DNA of 62,323 bases. Origin: a virus (lineage: Duplodnaviria > Caudoviricetes). This document shows, piece after piece, positions 40,299-49,290 of this stretch (positions within the stretch are counted from its first letter, which is position 1; each line of letters opens with the position of its first letter). The translations under genes were made by a program, and so were the position numbers. The notes beneath the pieces were generated by a model that did not search any database, was not told where the DNA came from, and saw only the letters and a list, made by a program, of their open reading frames with translations. The DNA lies in the IMG/VR virus record IMGVR_UViG_3300043442_000825, positions 1-62,323 of that record; one strand, written 5' to 3'.

Positions 40299-41997
40299 AA
40301 CTATTCGATGGAAAAACTTTCTTTCTACTGGGAACCAATATACGGAAGTTGACTTTACAAAAAACAAAACCAATCTGATTATTGGTACAAATGGAGCAGG
40401 TAAGAGCACAGTTCTTGATGCTCTGACTTTTTCTTTGTTTGGAAAACCATTTCGTAAAATCAATAAACCACAACTCATCAATTCTGTAAATGAAAAGGAT
40501 TGCAAAGTTGAAGTTGAATTCAGTATTGGAAATATTGAATGGAAAGTTGTAAGAGGAATTAAACCTGCTTTATTTGAAGTATGGAGAAGTGGTTCTGTTT
40601 TGGATCAATCTGCTGCCGCACTGGACCAACAGAAATGGTTGGAGCAAAATGTTCTGAAGATGAACTATAAGTCCTTTACTCAAATTGTGATTTTGGGTTC
40701 AAGTACTTTTGTTCCTTTTATGCAACTTTCTGCGGCTCATCGTCGTGAAGTGATTGAGGATTTGCTTGATATTAAGATTTTCTCTTCCATGAATATGGTC
40801 ATTAAGGAGAAGATTCGTCAAGCAAAAGAAGAGATCAAAGTTCTGGATCTTAAGAAACAATCTCTTGCAGAAAAACTTAAGATGCAAGAGGAGTTTATTG
40901 AGGAACTTGAAAATAGGGGAAAGGATAATATCAAGAATAACAATCGGAAAATATCCGTTTTAGATAAAGAAATTGAACAATATATGAATGAAAATTCTTC
41001 TATGGAAGAACCTCTTCGTGAGTATATTGGGGAGCAAGATAAGTTGGTTGGATATGCCGATAAACTTCGTAAGTTAGGAAATCTGAAAGGTAAAATTTCT
41101 CAAAAAGTATCTACGATTACCAGAGAGCATAAGTTTTTTACTGAAAATACGGTTTGTCCTACCTGTACACAAGAGATTGAGGATGACTTCAGAATAAATA
41201 AGATTAAGGACGCTCAAAATAAAGCAAAGGAGTTGCAATCTGGTTATAAAGAACTGGAGGAGGCAATTAAAGAGGAAGAGGAGCGAGAGCGTCAATTCAC
41301 TTCTCTATCTAAGGAGATTTCAAAATTAACGAATGGCATTTCTCAAAACAATATTAAGATTAACGGACTACAAAGACAAATCCGAAATCTTGAACATGAA
41401 ATTCAAGTTCTTACCGAGAACCTTGCAAACCGAAATTCTGAACATGAGAAGTTAGAATCCTTCAAAGACAATCTAAAAACTACATACAACGAACTCGCTT
41501 CTAAAAAAGACTTAATCAACTATTACGATTTTTCGTATAGTTTGCTCAAAGACGGTGGAGTAAAATCCAAAATCATTAAGAAGTATTTGCCCCTCATCAA
41601 TCAGCAGGTTAATCGTTATCTGCAAATGATGGACTTCTATATTAACTTTACTCTTGATGAGGAGTTTAATGAAACCGTCCAGTCACCCATTCATGAAGAT
41701 TTCTCTTATGCTTCCTTTAGTGAAGGAGAAAAAATGAGGATTGACCTTGCATTACTCTTTACTTGGAGAGAAGTTGCAAGATTTAAGAACTCCGTGAATA
41801 CAAATCTTTTGATTATGGATGAGGTGTTTGATAGTTCACTTGATGGATTTGGAACAGAAGAGTTTCTTAAGATTATTCGTTATGTGATCAAAGACGCAAA
41901 CATTTTTGTTATCTCTCACAAGACTGGTCTTGAGGACAGATTTGAAAGTGTCATAAAGTTTGAGAAAGTCAAAGGTTTTTCCCGTATGGTGGTCTGA
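40285..41997 (+). CDS. gp46: Recombination ATPase gp46 (Rad50/SbcC-like)
   Basis: GTNGAGKS, CPTC zinc hook, FSEGE signature and IMDEVFD motifs. Confidence 0.96.
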   Translation: MILFKTIRWKNFLSTGNQYTEVDFTKNKTNLIIGTNGAGKSTVLDALTFSLFGKPFRKINKPQLINSVNEKDCKVEVEFSIGNIEWKVVRGIKPALFEVWRSGSVLDQSAAALDQQKWLEQNVLKMNYKSFTQIVILGSSTFVPFMQLSAAHRREVIEDLLDIKIFSSMNMVIKEKIRQAKEEIKVLDLKKQSLAEKLKMQEEFIEELENRGKDNIKNNNRKISVLDKEIEQYMNENSSMEEPLREYIGEQDKLVGYADKLRKLGNLKGKISQKVSTITREHKFFTENTVCPTCTQEIEDDFRINKIKDAQNKAKELQSGYKELEEAIKEEEERERQFTSLSKEISKLTNGISQNNIKINGLQRQIRNLEHEIQVLTENLANRNSEHEKLESFKDNLKTTYNELASKKDLINYYDFSYSLLKDGGVKSKIIKKYLPLINQQVNRYLQMMDFYINFTLDEEFNETVQSPIHEDFSYASFSEGEKMRIDLALLFTWREVARFKNSVNTNLLIMDEVFDSSLDGFGTEEFLKIIRYVIKDANIFVISHKTGLEDRFESVIKFEKVKGFSRMVV

Positions 41998-42011
41998 ACC
42001 ACTCAAGAACA

Positions 42012-42152
42012 ATGCAAGTCCCAAACTGGAAGCATCATTCCAAGAAAGAACAAAAACGAAAACTTAAACCGCAAGCACTTCGGCAAGCAAAATCACGAAG
42101 ACAAGCACTCAAGAAGCGTCTCAACTCCAGAGACGCTTCTTTTTATAAATAA
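42012..42152 (+). CDS. 46-aa highly basic peptide (not in ORF track)
   Basis: MQVPNWKHHSKKEQKRKLKPQALRQAKSRRQALKKRLNSRDASFYK; fills the gap after gp46. Confidence 0.65.
   Translation: MQVPNWKHHSKKEQKRKLKPQALRQAKSRRQALKKRLNSRDASFYK
42111..42144 (+). terminator. Intrinsic terminator inside the 46-aa ORF
   Basis: AAGAAGCGTCTC / GAGACGCTTCTT 12-bp stem followed by a T-run. Confidence 0.8.
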
Positions 42153-42171
42153 CTAAAAAGTATTTGTAAAA
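42144..42171 (+). promoter_or_regulatory. Late promoter plus shared leader
   Basis: TATAAATAACTAAAAAGTATTTGTAAAA, nearly identical to 60119-60149. Confidence 0.8.
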
Positions 42172-42756
42172 ATGGACGCAAAAGACATTCGCAATCTTTC
42201 AGAAGCATACATGGAAGTTTATGCTTCGCCAGAAGAACTTGATGAAGCATCAAGTAGAGATGAATTTACAAGAGCAGCTATTGCTCGCAGTTCTGGTAGA
42301 AAGGGTGGAATTACATTTGAACCAGGACCAAATTGGGACCCCTCCGCTAATCGTGGAAAGGGCGCTCACTTATCGCCCAAACAAAAAGAGAAGCAACGTC
42401 GTAAAGCACTTCGTCAAAATGAGCAAGTAGATATCTACGATATCATCCTCTCACACCTTCTTGATGAGGGTTATGCTGAAACTCCAGAAGCAGCAGAACG
42501 TATTATGGTGAATATGAGTGAAGAGTGGAGAGAAGATATTGTTGAAATGGCTCAAAGAGAAAAACTTCCCGTAGGCAAAATGCTCAAGCAGGCTGCAAAG
42601 CATACAGACCCAGAAAGAGTTGCAAAAATGGCCAAGGTTGCAGATACTCATAATCCTGCCCAGGCCAAAAGAAAAGAGGACAAAAATAGAGAAACAGGAG
42701 GTCGTAAAAGAGATGCGGGAAGACCTAGAAGTAATGAACTTCAGGATAATTGGTAA
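42172..42756 (+). CDS. Late-expressed modular hypothetical protein
   Basis: Contains the HLLDEGYAETPEAAERIMVNMSEEW module shared with the 60150 ORF; basic segments between xxE sites. Confidence 0.8.
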   Translation: MDAKDIRNLSEAYMEVYASPEELDEASSRDEFTRAAIARSSGRKGGITFEPGPNWDPSANRGKGAHLSPKQKEKQRRKALRQNEQVDIYDIILSHLLDEGYAETPEAAERIMVNMSEEWREDIVEMAQREKLPVGKMLKQAAKHTDPERVAKMAKVADTHNPAQAKRKEDKNRETGGRKRDAGRPRSNELQDNW

Positions 42757-42799
42757 ATTAAAATCTTAATGGTTGAACCACTTTCCAAACTGGCACACT

Positions 42800-42833
42800 A
42801 GAGGGTTTCACCACCCTCTTTTTTTTGTATAAT
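42800..42833 (+). terminator. Terminator hairpin with an adjoining -10 box
   Basis: AGAGGGT/ACCCTCT stem plus T-run, then TATAAT at 42828-42833. Confidence 0.75.
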
Positions 42834-42855
42834 GGGTTCATACGAAACAAAACCG

Positions 42856-45051
42856 ATGCCTGTTCGCCACGAAATCAAATCCCAACTTGCGAAACTGCTT
42901 GCGACTGAAGACCTTGTAGTCGAGCACAAGAAGGTTGAGACTGCCTGCTTTAATGTTCATACGCGGGTTCTGACGCTGCCTCTGTGGGAGAAAGCAAGCA
43001 ACACCGTCTATGACCTTCTGGTGGGGCATGAAGTGGGTCATGCTCTCTTCACACCTGATGAGGATTGGACTGAGACTTGTAAGGTTCCTCAGCAGTTTGT
43101 AAATGTGGTAGAGGATGCTCGCATTGAGAAACTGATGAAGCGTAAGTATGCTGGACTTGCTAAGACTTTCTTTGGTGGTTATAAAGAACTGAATGAGGAA
43201 GATTTCTTTCAACTTGAGGGTGAGGATATTTCCAAGTTCAATCTTGCCGACAAAGCAAATCTTTACTTCAAAGTTGGTAACTTTCTTCCGATGGATTTCA
43301 CTCCAGAAGAAAAGGAGATTGTTGACCTGATTGGTGTTTCTGAAACTTTTGCAGATGTTCTGATTGCTGCTGAAGAGCTTTATAAGTTCTGTAAGAAAGA
43401 AAAGGAGCAAGAAAAAGTTGATGAGATGAATGCTCAACAATCTCAAGGTTCTGCAACTTCTCCTACCGAAAATCAATCGGATGAAGGTAAATCTGATAGT
43501 GAGGAAGAAGGTGAAGCAAACAAACCTGATAATAATGGTCAGTTGGATGAAAATCAACCTTCCAATAATGATAATCAACAATCAACTTCTTCCAGTCCTG
43601 ATGTAGATGAAGAACCTGAAATCAAGACAGTAGATAATCTTGAGGATAAAATCCGTCAACTTGCAAGCAAGGATGGATATGATAATGTCTATGTTGAGGT
43701 TCCGAAAGTAAATCTGGATACGATTATTGGTAAAAACTCTGAGATTCATAAAGAGATTACTGGTGCTTTTAATCAGCAGCAGAACTCTTACAATGAGTGC
43801 CATAACACCACCTCAGTTGACCTTTTTAAGGAAGCAGATACTTCTTTCCGACAGTTTAAAGTTTCCGCTCAAAAGGAAGTTAACTATCTTGTGAAAGAAT
43901 TTGAGTGTCGCAAGGCTGCTGATTCTTACTCTCGTGCTTCTACTGCTCGCACTGGAGTTCTTGATACTGCTCGTCTACATTCTTATAAGTTCAGTGAGGA
44001 TTTGTTTAAGAAAGTGACTGTGCTTCCTGATGGCAAAAATCACGGTCTAATCTTTATCCTAGATTGGTCGGGTTCTATGGCAAATGTTCTCCTGGATACT
44101 TGCAAACAACTTTTTAATCTGATTTGGTTCTGTAAAAAAGTTTCCATTCCTTTTGAGGTCTATGCTTTCACAAATGAATGGCGTCGTTGTGGGTATGATT
44201 ATGAAACTGGGAAGCATGTTGCAGTAGACCGCACTTCTCACTATGAAAAGAAGGAAGGTGTGTTTTGTATTGATGAAGACTTTGCCTTGATGAATATTCT
44301 TACCAGTAAAGTTTCTGGTAATGAACTGGAAAAGCAACTGATGAATATTTGGCGTCTTGCCGTGTATTTTGGAGATACTTATCACACTCCTTACACTTGT
44401 CCCAGTCGGATGTATCTGTCTGGAACTCCTCTGAATGAGAGTTTGGTAGCACTGCATCAGATTCTTCCCAAGTTCCAGAGTGAGAACAAACTGCAGAAAG
44501 TTCAGTGCGTCATTCTGACTGATGGTGAAGCAAACGTTCTTTCTTATCACAAGGAAGTGAAACGTGCTTGGGAAAAACAACCTTATCTGGGAGTTCATGG
44601 TATTGGTTCCAACTCTTTTCTGCGAGACAGGAAACTTGGAACAACTTACAACTTTGATTGTATGTATTATCAGGGTTATCATAAGTTTACGGATGTGATG
44701 CTTCGCAATCTCCGTGATAAGTTCCCTTACACTAACTTTATCGGTATTCGTGTTCTTTCTAGTCGCGACGCTCATCGTTTCATTAATCTCTATCACTCTG
44801 CTTCTGACACTGATTACAAACAGTACATCAAGATTCAGGATGATTGGAAGAAACTGAAGAGCTTTACGATTACCAAATCTGGTTATCATGCTTACTTTGG
44901 TCTCTCTTCCTCTGCTCTCTCTCAGGATGCTGAGTTTGATGTTTCTGAGACTGCTACAAAAGCACAAATCAAATCTGCTTTTGTGAAGTCACTGAAAACT
45001 AAGAAACTGAATAAAAAGGTTCTTGGTGAGTTCATTTCTCTTGTTGCATAA
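42856..45051 (+). CDS. CobT-like protein: N-terminal HExxH domain, acidic linker, VWA domain
   Basis: HEVGH, EDARIE, MIDAS LDWSGSM, GTPL and LTDGE motifs. ATG 42856 is preferred because 42832 overlaps the -10 box. Confidence 0.85.
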   Translation: MPVRHEIKSQLAKLLATEDLVVEHKKVETACFNVHTRVLTLPLWEKASNTVYDLLVGHEVGHALFTPDEDWTETCKVPQQFVNVVEDARIEKLMKRKYAGLAKTFFGGYKELNEEDFFQLEGEDISKFNLADKANLYFKVGNFLPMDFTPEEKEIVDLIGVSETFADVLIAAEELYKFCKKEKEQEKVDEMNAQQSQGSATSPTENQSDEGKSDSEEEGEANKPDNNGQLDENQPSNNDNQQSTSSSPDVDEEPEIKTVDNLEDKIRQLASKDGYDNVYVEVPKVNLDTIIGKNSEIHKEITGAFNQQQNSYNECHNTTSVDLFKEADTSFRQFKVSAQKEVNYLVKEFECRKAADSYSRASTARTGVLDTARLHSYKFSEDLFKKVTVLPDGKNHGLIFILDWSGSMANVLLDTCKQLFNLIWFCKKVSIPFEVYAFTNEWRRCGYDYETGKHVAVDRTSHYEKKEGVFCIDEDFALMNILTSKVSGNELEKQLMNIWRLAVYFGDTYHTPYTCPSRMYLSGTPLNESLVALHQILPKFQSENKLQKVQCVILTDGEANVLSYHKEVKRAWEKQPYLGVHGIGSNSFLRDRKLGTTYNFDCMYYQGYHKFTDVMLRNLRDKFPYTNFIGIRVLSSRDAHRFINLYHSASDTDYKQYIKIQDDWKKLKSFTITKSGYHAYFGLSSSALSQDAEFDVSETATKAQIKSAFVKSLKTKKLNKKVLGEFISLVA

Positions 45052-45078
45052 ATACCTAAAAAGTATTTCTGCGTAAAA

Positions 45079-46224
45079 ATGAGAACCTATCAAGAATTTG
45101 TTTCTGAAATGACCTATGGTAGAGGTCGTGGACCAATCGGAAGAGCAGATAGGAATAGTGGTAGGAATCGTTATTTGGGGTCTCCTACACCAGAACAGGA
45201 AAGAGAAAACAAATCTGCGGCAGATAAAGCTGCTGCAGATGCTGTTGCAAAATTAAGAAGAGCAAGAGCAAGAGAAATGAAGGAAGAGGTGGAACTTGAT
45301 GAAGGTATGACGATGAAAGACTTTAAGGCAAATCGTCAAAAGAATAAAAGAAGATCTGCTTCTACTGATGCTAAGAAGAGAGGTCACGTAGGTAAAGAAT
45401 GGTACAATAGTGGTAGAACATATTCTCCAGATGAAGCGAAGAGAAGTCGTGCAAATATGGATGATGAAGAAAGACGTACAAGACATCGTAGTGCTGTAGA
45501 ACCTGACAATGAGAATGATGATAACTTCTCTGCAGACAAGACGAAGAATCCCAAGAAACTCCGTAAGCAAAAAGCGATGGGAGAACTTGGAGAAGAGCGT
45601 ATTGATGAACTCTTTGTTACCAGAAAATCTGCAGAAGAAAGAACTGACGAAAAAAGAAAGAAAAAGGTCGCTGAACTTATTCGTTTAATGAAACACGCAA
45701 AAGACCCAAGTTCTGATGTTGCTAGAAAGTCAGTAAAATCTGAAGAGTATATTGACGAGACATCACTCACAAGAGTGATGAGTAAGTCGCAGAAAGGTGG
45801 TATGGCGATTATGTCTGCTCAAAGAGGAGACAAATCAAAAGCAGAAAACAAAGCACGCTCAAAACAACTTGAGAAAGATGTAAGAGGTGCTGGTCTTCCA
45901 GGACCTACTAAAGTTGCTGGTAGATATACAGAAAATCCTGGAACTTCACAAGAGAAAAAGGTGGGAGAGAAATCTCACGTTATTACTCCTGGTAAAATGG
46001 GTAAGAGAAAGTTTAAGAAAGCGATTGAAAAACTTGGTAAAAAGTATGACCAAGATTCCGTACTTATTCAGCGTAAAGGTGGTGGAGAAGCAACACTTAA
46101 AGGTACTTCTAAAACATCTTGGCCTGGACAAGGAAAGAATGTTAAAATAGGTAAAATGAAACCAGGTAGAACTGGAGAGTTTGATACCAAAGTTAAGAAC
46201 AAAACATTTACAGTTGAGCATTAA
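45079..46224 (+). CDS. Putative internal head protein/polyprotein
   Basis: Starts MRTYQEFVSE; late promoter at 45048-45054; K/R-rich modules separated by VELDE, RIDE and YIDE. Confidence 0.75.
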   Translation: MRTYQEFVSEMTYGRGRGPIGRADRNSGRNRYLGSPTPEQERENKSAADKAAADAVAKLRRARAREMKEEVELDEGMTMKDFKANRQKNKRRSASTDAKKRGHVGKEWYNSGRTYSPDEAKRSRANMDDEERRTRHRSAVEPDNENDDNFSADKTKNPKKLRKQKAMGELGEERIDELFVTRKSAEERTDEKRKKKVAELIRLMKHAKDPSSDVARKSVKSEEYIDETSLTRVMSKSQKGGMAIMSAQRGDKSKAENKARSKQLEKDVRGAGLPGPTKVAGRYTENPGTSQEKKVGEKSHVITPGKMGKRKFKKAIEKLGKKYDQDSVLIQRKGGGEATLKGTSKTSWPGQGKNVKIGKMKPGRTGEFDTKVKNKTFTVEH

Positions 46225-46225
46225 A

Positions 46226-46411
46226 ATGAAAAAAAAGTTTCCTTTTGAGCACGTTGTTAAGTACGACACAAAAGAAGTGTGGGTTGCTTGTAGCAGCGTA
46301 ACTACTGCTCTAGGTATTCCTGCACTTGTTGAAAAATACTATCCTGGATATAAAGGCCATATCGGCAGCAAGGAGTATCTGGAGACACTTCGGAACCAGT
46401 TGGCAAACTGA
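46226..46411 (+). CDS. Hypothetical protein
   Basis: ATG just after the upstream stop; 61 aa. Confidence 0.65.
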   Translation: MKKKFPFEHVVKYDTKEVWVACSSVTTALGIPALVEKYYPGYKGHIGSKEYLETLRNQLAN

Positions 46412-46416
46412 CCACT

Positions 46417-46450
46417 AGGGGTCCCAGCGGACCCCTTTTTGCTTTATAAT
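46417..46450 (+). terminator. Terminator hairpin with an adjoining -10 box
   Basis: AGGGGTCC-cagc-GGACCCCT plus T-run, then TATAAT at 46445-46450. Confidence 0.8.
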
Positions 46451-46476
46451 GACTGAGTTGAAACAAAACACACATT

Positions 46477-47601
46477 ATGTCCCGCATTCAAATGACCGAC
46501 GACCAAATCATCAGTGACCTGAAGAACACCTTTGGTAAAGAGTTTACTGCTGCCGATGTTCGCGGTTATTGTGCATCCAAAAACCTTTCCTATCCTACTG
46601 TAACCAAGCGACTTGAAAACTTCAAAGTTGGTCGCGGTAAGTGGAATCTGGAAGTAACTCAAAAGAAAGTGGAAGAGATGGAGCGTACTTTTAATAGCGT
46701 TGCTGTTCTTCCTGAAGTTCATCAAAATCTCATTCCCGAAAAAGATGATACCTTCGTCAAGTTTGGTAACTTTAACGATATTAAAAAAATTATTCAGTCC
46801 CGTCTTTTTTATCCGACGTTTATTACGGGTCTGTCAGGTAATGGTAAAACGTTCAGTGTGGAGCAAGCATGTTCTCAACTGAAGCGTGAACTCATCCGTG
46901 TGAATATTACTATTGAGACTGATGAAGACGATCTGATTGGTGGTTTCCGTCTTGTGAATGGTGAAACTGCCTGGCATAACGGTCCCGTGATTGAAGCACT
47001 TGAGCGTGGCGCTATTCTTCTGCTGGATGAGATTGATTTGGCATCCAATAAGATTCTGTGTCTGCAATCTGTACTTGAAGGTAAGGGTGTCTTTCTGAAA
47101 AAGATTGGTAAGTTCATCACTCCTGCTCCTGGATTTAATGTGTTTGCCACCGCTAACACTAAAGGTAAGGGTAGCGATGATGGTCGCTTCATCGGCACCA
47201 ATGTTCTCAACGAAGCATTCCTTGAGCGTTTTCCTGTGACCTTTGAGCAGTCTTATCCTGCTCCCTCTGTGGAGCAGAAGATCCTGGAAGGGGTTGCTCT
47301 GGATTTGGGTGTGGAAGACCGCGACTTCTGTAAGCGCCTGGTTGATTGGGGCGATATTATCCGTAAGACCTTCTACGATGGTGGTATTGAGGAAATCATC
47401 AGCACCCGCCGACTGGTTCATATCATCCGTGCTTATAGCATCTTTGGAGACAAGGCTAAAGCAATTCAGGTTTGCGTCAATCGCTTTGACGATGAGACCA
47501 AACAAGCATTCCTTGAATTGTATGATAAGGTTGATGCTGACTTTGTGATGCCTACTGGTGAGTATGTAACTTACGACCTTGACCAACAACAGCAACCCTG
47601 A
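46477..47601 (+). CDS. cobS: CobS-like MoxR-family AAA+ ATPase
   Basis: GLSGNGKT, LLLDEID, ATANTKGKG, NEAFLERF and ISTRRL motifs. Confidence 0.9.
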   Translation: MSRIQMTDDQIISDLKNTFGKEFTAADVRGYCASKNLSYPTVTKRLENFKVGRGKWNLEVTQKKVEEMERTFNSVAVLPEVHQNLIPEKDDTFVKFGNFNDIKKIIQSRLFYPTFITGLSGNGKTFSVEQACSQLKRELIRVNITIETDEDDLIGGFRLVNGETAWHNGPVIEALERGAILLLDEIDLASNKILCLQSVLEGKGVFLKKIGKFITPAPGFNVFATANTKGKGSDDGRFIGTNVLNEAFLERFPVTFEQSYPAPSVEQKILEGVALDLGVEDRDFCKRLVDWGDIIRKTFYDGGIEEIISTRRLVHIIRAYSIFGDKAKAIQVCVNRFDDETKQAFLELYDKVDADFVMPTGEYVTYDLDQQQQP

Positions 47602-47607
47602 TAGAAT
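47579..47607 (+). promoter_or_regulatory. Sigma70-type promoter
   Basis: TTGACC-N17-TAGAAT with TGn. Confidence 0.6.
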
Positions 47608-47609
47608 AT

Positions 47610-47636
47610 GAGGAGGTAAATGTGCCTCCTCTTTTT
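47610..47636 (+). terminator. Hairpin/terminator after cobS
   Basis: GAGGAGG/CCTCCTC stem plus T5. Confidence 0.7.
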
Positions 47637-47657
47637 GTCCTTTTACTATGAAAAACA

Positions 47658-48170
47658 ATGTCCGAAAACTTTGAGAGCACTTATGAGAGTTTCATTCCAA
47701 AAACATTTGGAGATACTGTAATCTCTGGAGGGCAAGGAACTGATACGATTTATTTTGATGTTAATAATCCTCGTCCAGCGCAAGATTTTTGCATCAATCA
47801 TTCCCAATCTTTTTCTCTGAATAATCCTGACACTATTACTTTTAATTTGACTATGCCCGAAGATACAAACAAAAATGGTTTTTGGAAATATGAGGAAGAT
47901 AAAACTCTGAAAGAAGTTGAAGAGTATCTTGTTAGCACATACAAATCTCACTATACTTCCGAACAGTCTAAAACTCAAACTCTTGATTTGATTGAGAGTA
48001 TTGGCGATGCAGAACCATTCACTCGTTCAAATGCAATCAAGTATCTTTCTCGTTTTGGCAAGAAGAATGGTAAATCTAAACAAGATATTTTGAAAGCAAT
48101 TCATTATTGTGTTCTCCTTTATCATTTTGCAGGACTTCACCAAAACAAGACTGACCGTTACAACTACTGA
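47658..48170 (+). CDS. DUF3310-like protein
   Basis: HY...IE...F...NAIKYLSRFGKK...DILKAIHY pattern. Confidence 0.7.
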   Translation: MSENFESTYESFIPKTFGDTVISGGQGTDTIYFDVNNPRPAQDFCINHSQSFSLNNPDTITFNLTMPEDTNKNGFWKYEEDKTLKEVEEYLVSTYKSHYTSEQSKTQTLDLIESIGDAEPFTRSNAIKYLSRFGKKNGKSKQDILKAIHYCVLLYHFAGLHQNKTDRYNY

Positions 48171-48175
48171 ATATT

Positions 48176-48841
48176 ATGAAACTCTCTGATAAAACTATTT
48201 CTGTCCTCAAAAACTTTTCTTCTATTAACCAGTCAATTCTTTTCAAGACTGGAAATAAACTTCGCACTATTAGTGTGATGAAGAACATTCTTGCTGAAGC
48301 AACTATTACTGAAGAACTTCCTAAAGACTTTGGTATCTATGATCTGAATCAGTTTTTGAATGGTCTTGGTCTTCACCAGAGTCCTGAACTTGATTTTGCC
48401 AACGATGGATATGTTGTTATCCGAGAAGGAAAGTCTCGTTCCAAGTATTTCTTTGCTGATCCAAATGTCATCATTACTCCACCAGATAAGGCAATCAGTC
48501 TTCCTACTGAAGATGTCTGTTTTGAACTGAGCACTCAAGTTCTTGATAAACTTCTTAAGGCTGCATCTGTTTATCAACTTCCCGATATTTCTGCTGTTGG
48601 TGAAGCAGGTGTTGTGAAACTTGTTGTGCGTGACAAAAAGAATGATACCTCTAACGCACATGAAGAAGTTGTTGGTGAAACCGATTCAAAGTTTGTCTTT
48701 AATTTTAAAGTTGAGAATATTAAGATTCTTCCTGGCACTTATGAAGTTATTGTGTCACAAAAACTTTTGTCACGTTTTACCAGCAAGAACCATGATCTGT
48801 GCTATTATATTGCTCTAGAACCTGACTCTACATTTGGTTGA
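48176..48841 (+). CDS. gp45: Sliding clamp gp45
   Basis: LKNFSSINQSI, FGIYDLNQFL and YYIALE motifs. Confidence 0.95.
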   Translation: MKLSDKTISVLKNFSSINQSILFKTGNKLRTISVMKNILAEATITEELPKDFGIYDLNQFLNGLGLHQSPELDFANDGYVVIREGKSRSKYFFADPNVIITPPDKAISLPTEDVCFELSTQVLDKLLKAASVYQLPDISAVGEAGVVKLVVRDKKNDTSNAHEEVVGETDSKFVFNFKVENIKILPGTYEVIVSQKLLSRFTSKNHDLCYYIALEPDSTFG

Positions 48842-49260
48842 TGGAATTTCTTTTGTATTTGACCCCTATTGGTCGTGAAATAGTTCAAAATGTTATTCGT
48901 GCTGGATATCCAGTAAGAGAAAACATTGAGTATTGCAGAAACAAAGATCAATTTGGGTACGGTGATTATAACAAGATGGTTATCTGCACAAAAAACATTA
49001 AAAATAGTGGATTTGATGTAAAACACTATATAAATGAAACTGTGTATCATGAAGCTGTACATATGGCACATATGTGTAATGGGTATAAACCTTTTTACAT
49101 TTCTCAGAAAGATATGCCATTGACTTGGAATAAACTGGAAGATATTAAAAAATCTATGAAAATGTCTACTGCTTCCAGGCAAATGGAACATGAGGCATAT
49201 TGGATGGAAGATAAACCCGAAAAAGTAAACTACGTACTCAAAAAGTACTGCTTTATATGA
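48841..49260 (+). CDS. HExxH metallopeptidase-like hypothetical protein
   Basis: HEAVH motif plus downstream EHEAY. Confidence 0.65.
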   Translation: MEFLLYLTPIGREIVQNVIRAGYPVRENIEYCRNKDQFGYGDYNKMVICTKNIKNSGFDVKHYINETVYHEAVHMAHMCNGYKPFYISQKDMPLTWNKLEDIKKSMKMSTASRQMEHEAYWMEDKPEKVNYVLKKYCFI

Positions 49261-49290
49261 TTGAACACCTGATGAGTTGAGGAACCTACC

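Noticed and set aside
46477-47601. cobS as evidence of cobalamin biosynthesis
   Set aside because: No other cob genes are in the window; a MoxR/VWA chaperone pair explains it better.
42838-47658. Long minus-strand ORFs (247, 302 and 274 aa) opposite the VWA and cobS genes
   Set aside because: They mirror well-supported + strand genes, have no recognisable motifs, and are expected from codon bias that avoids antisense stops.
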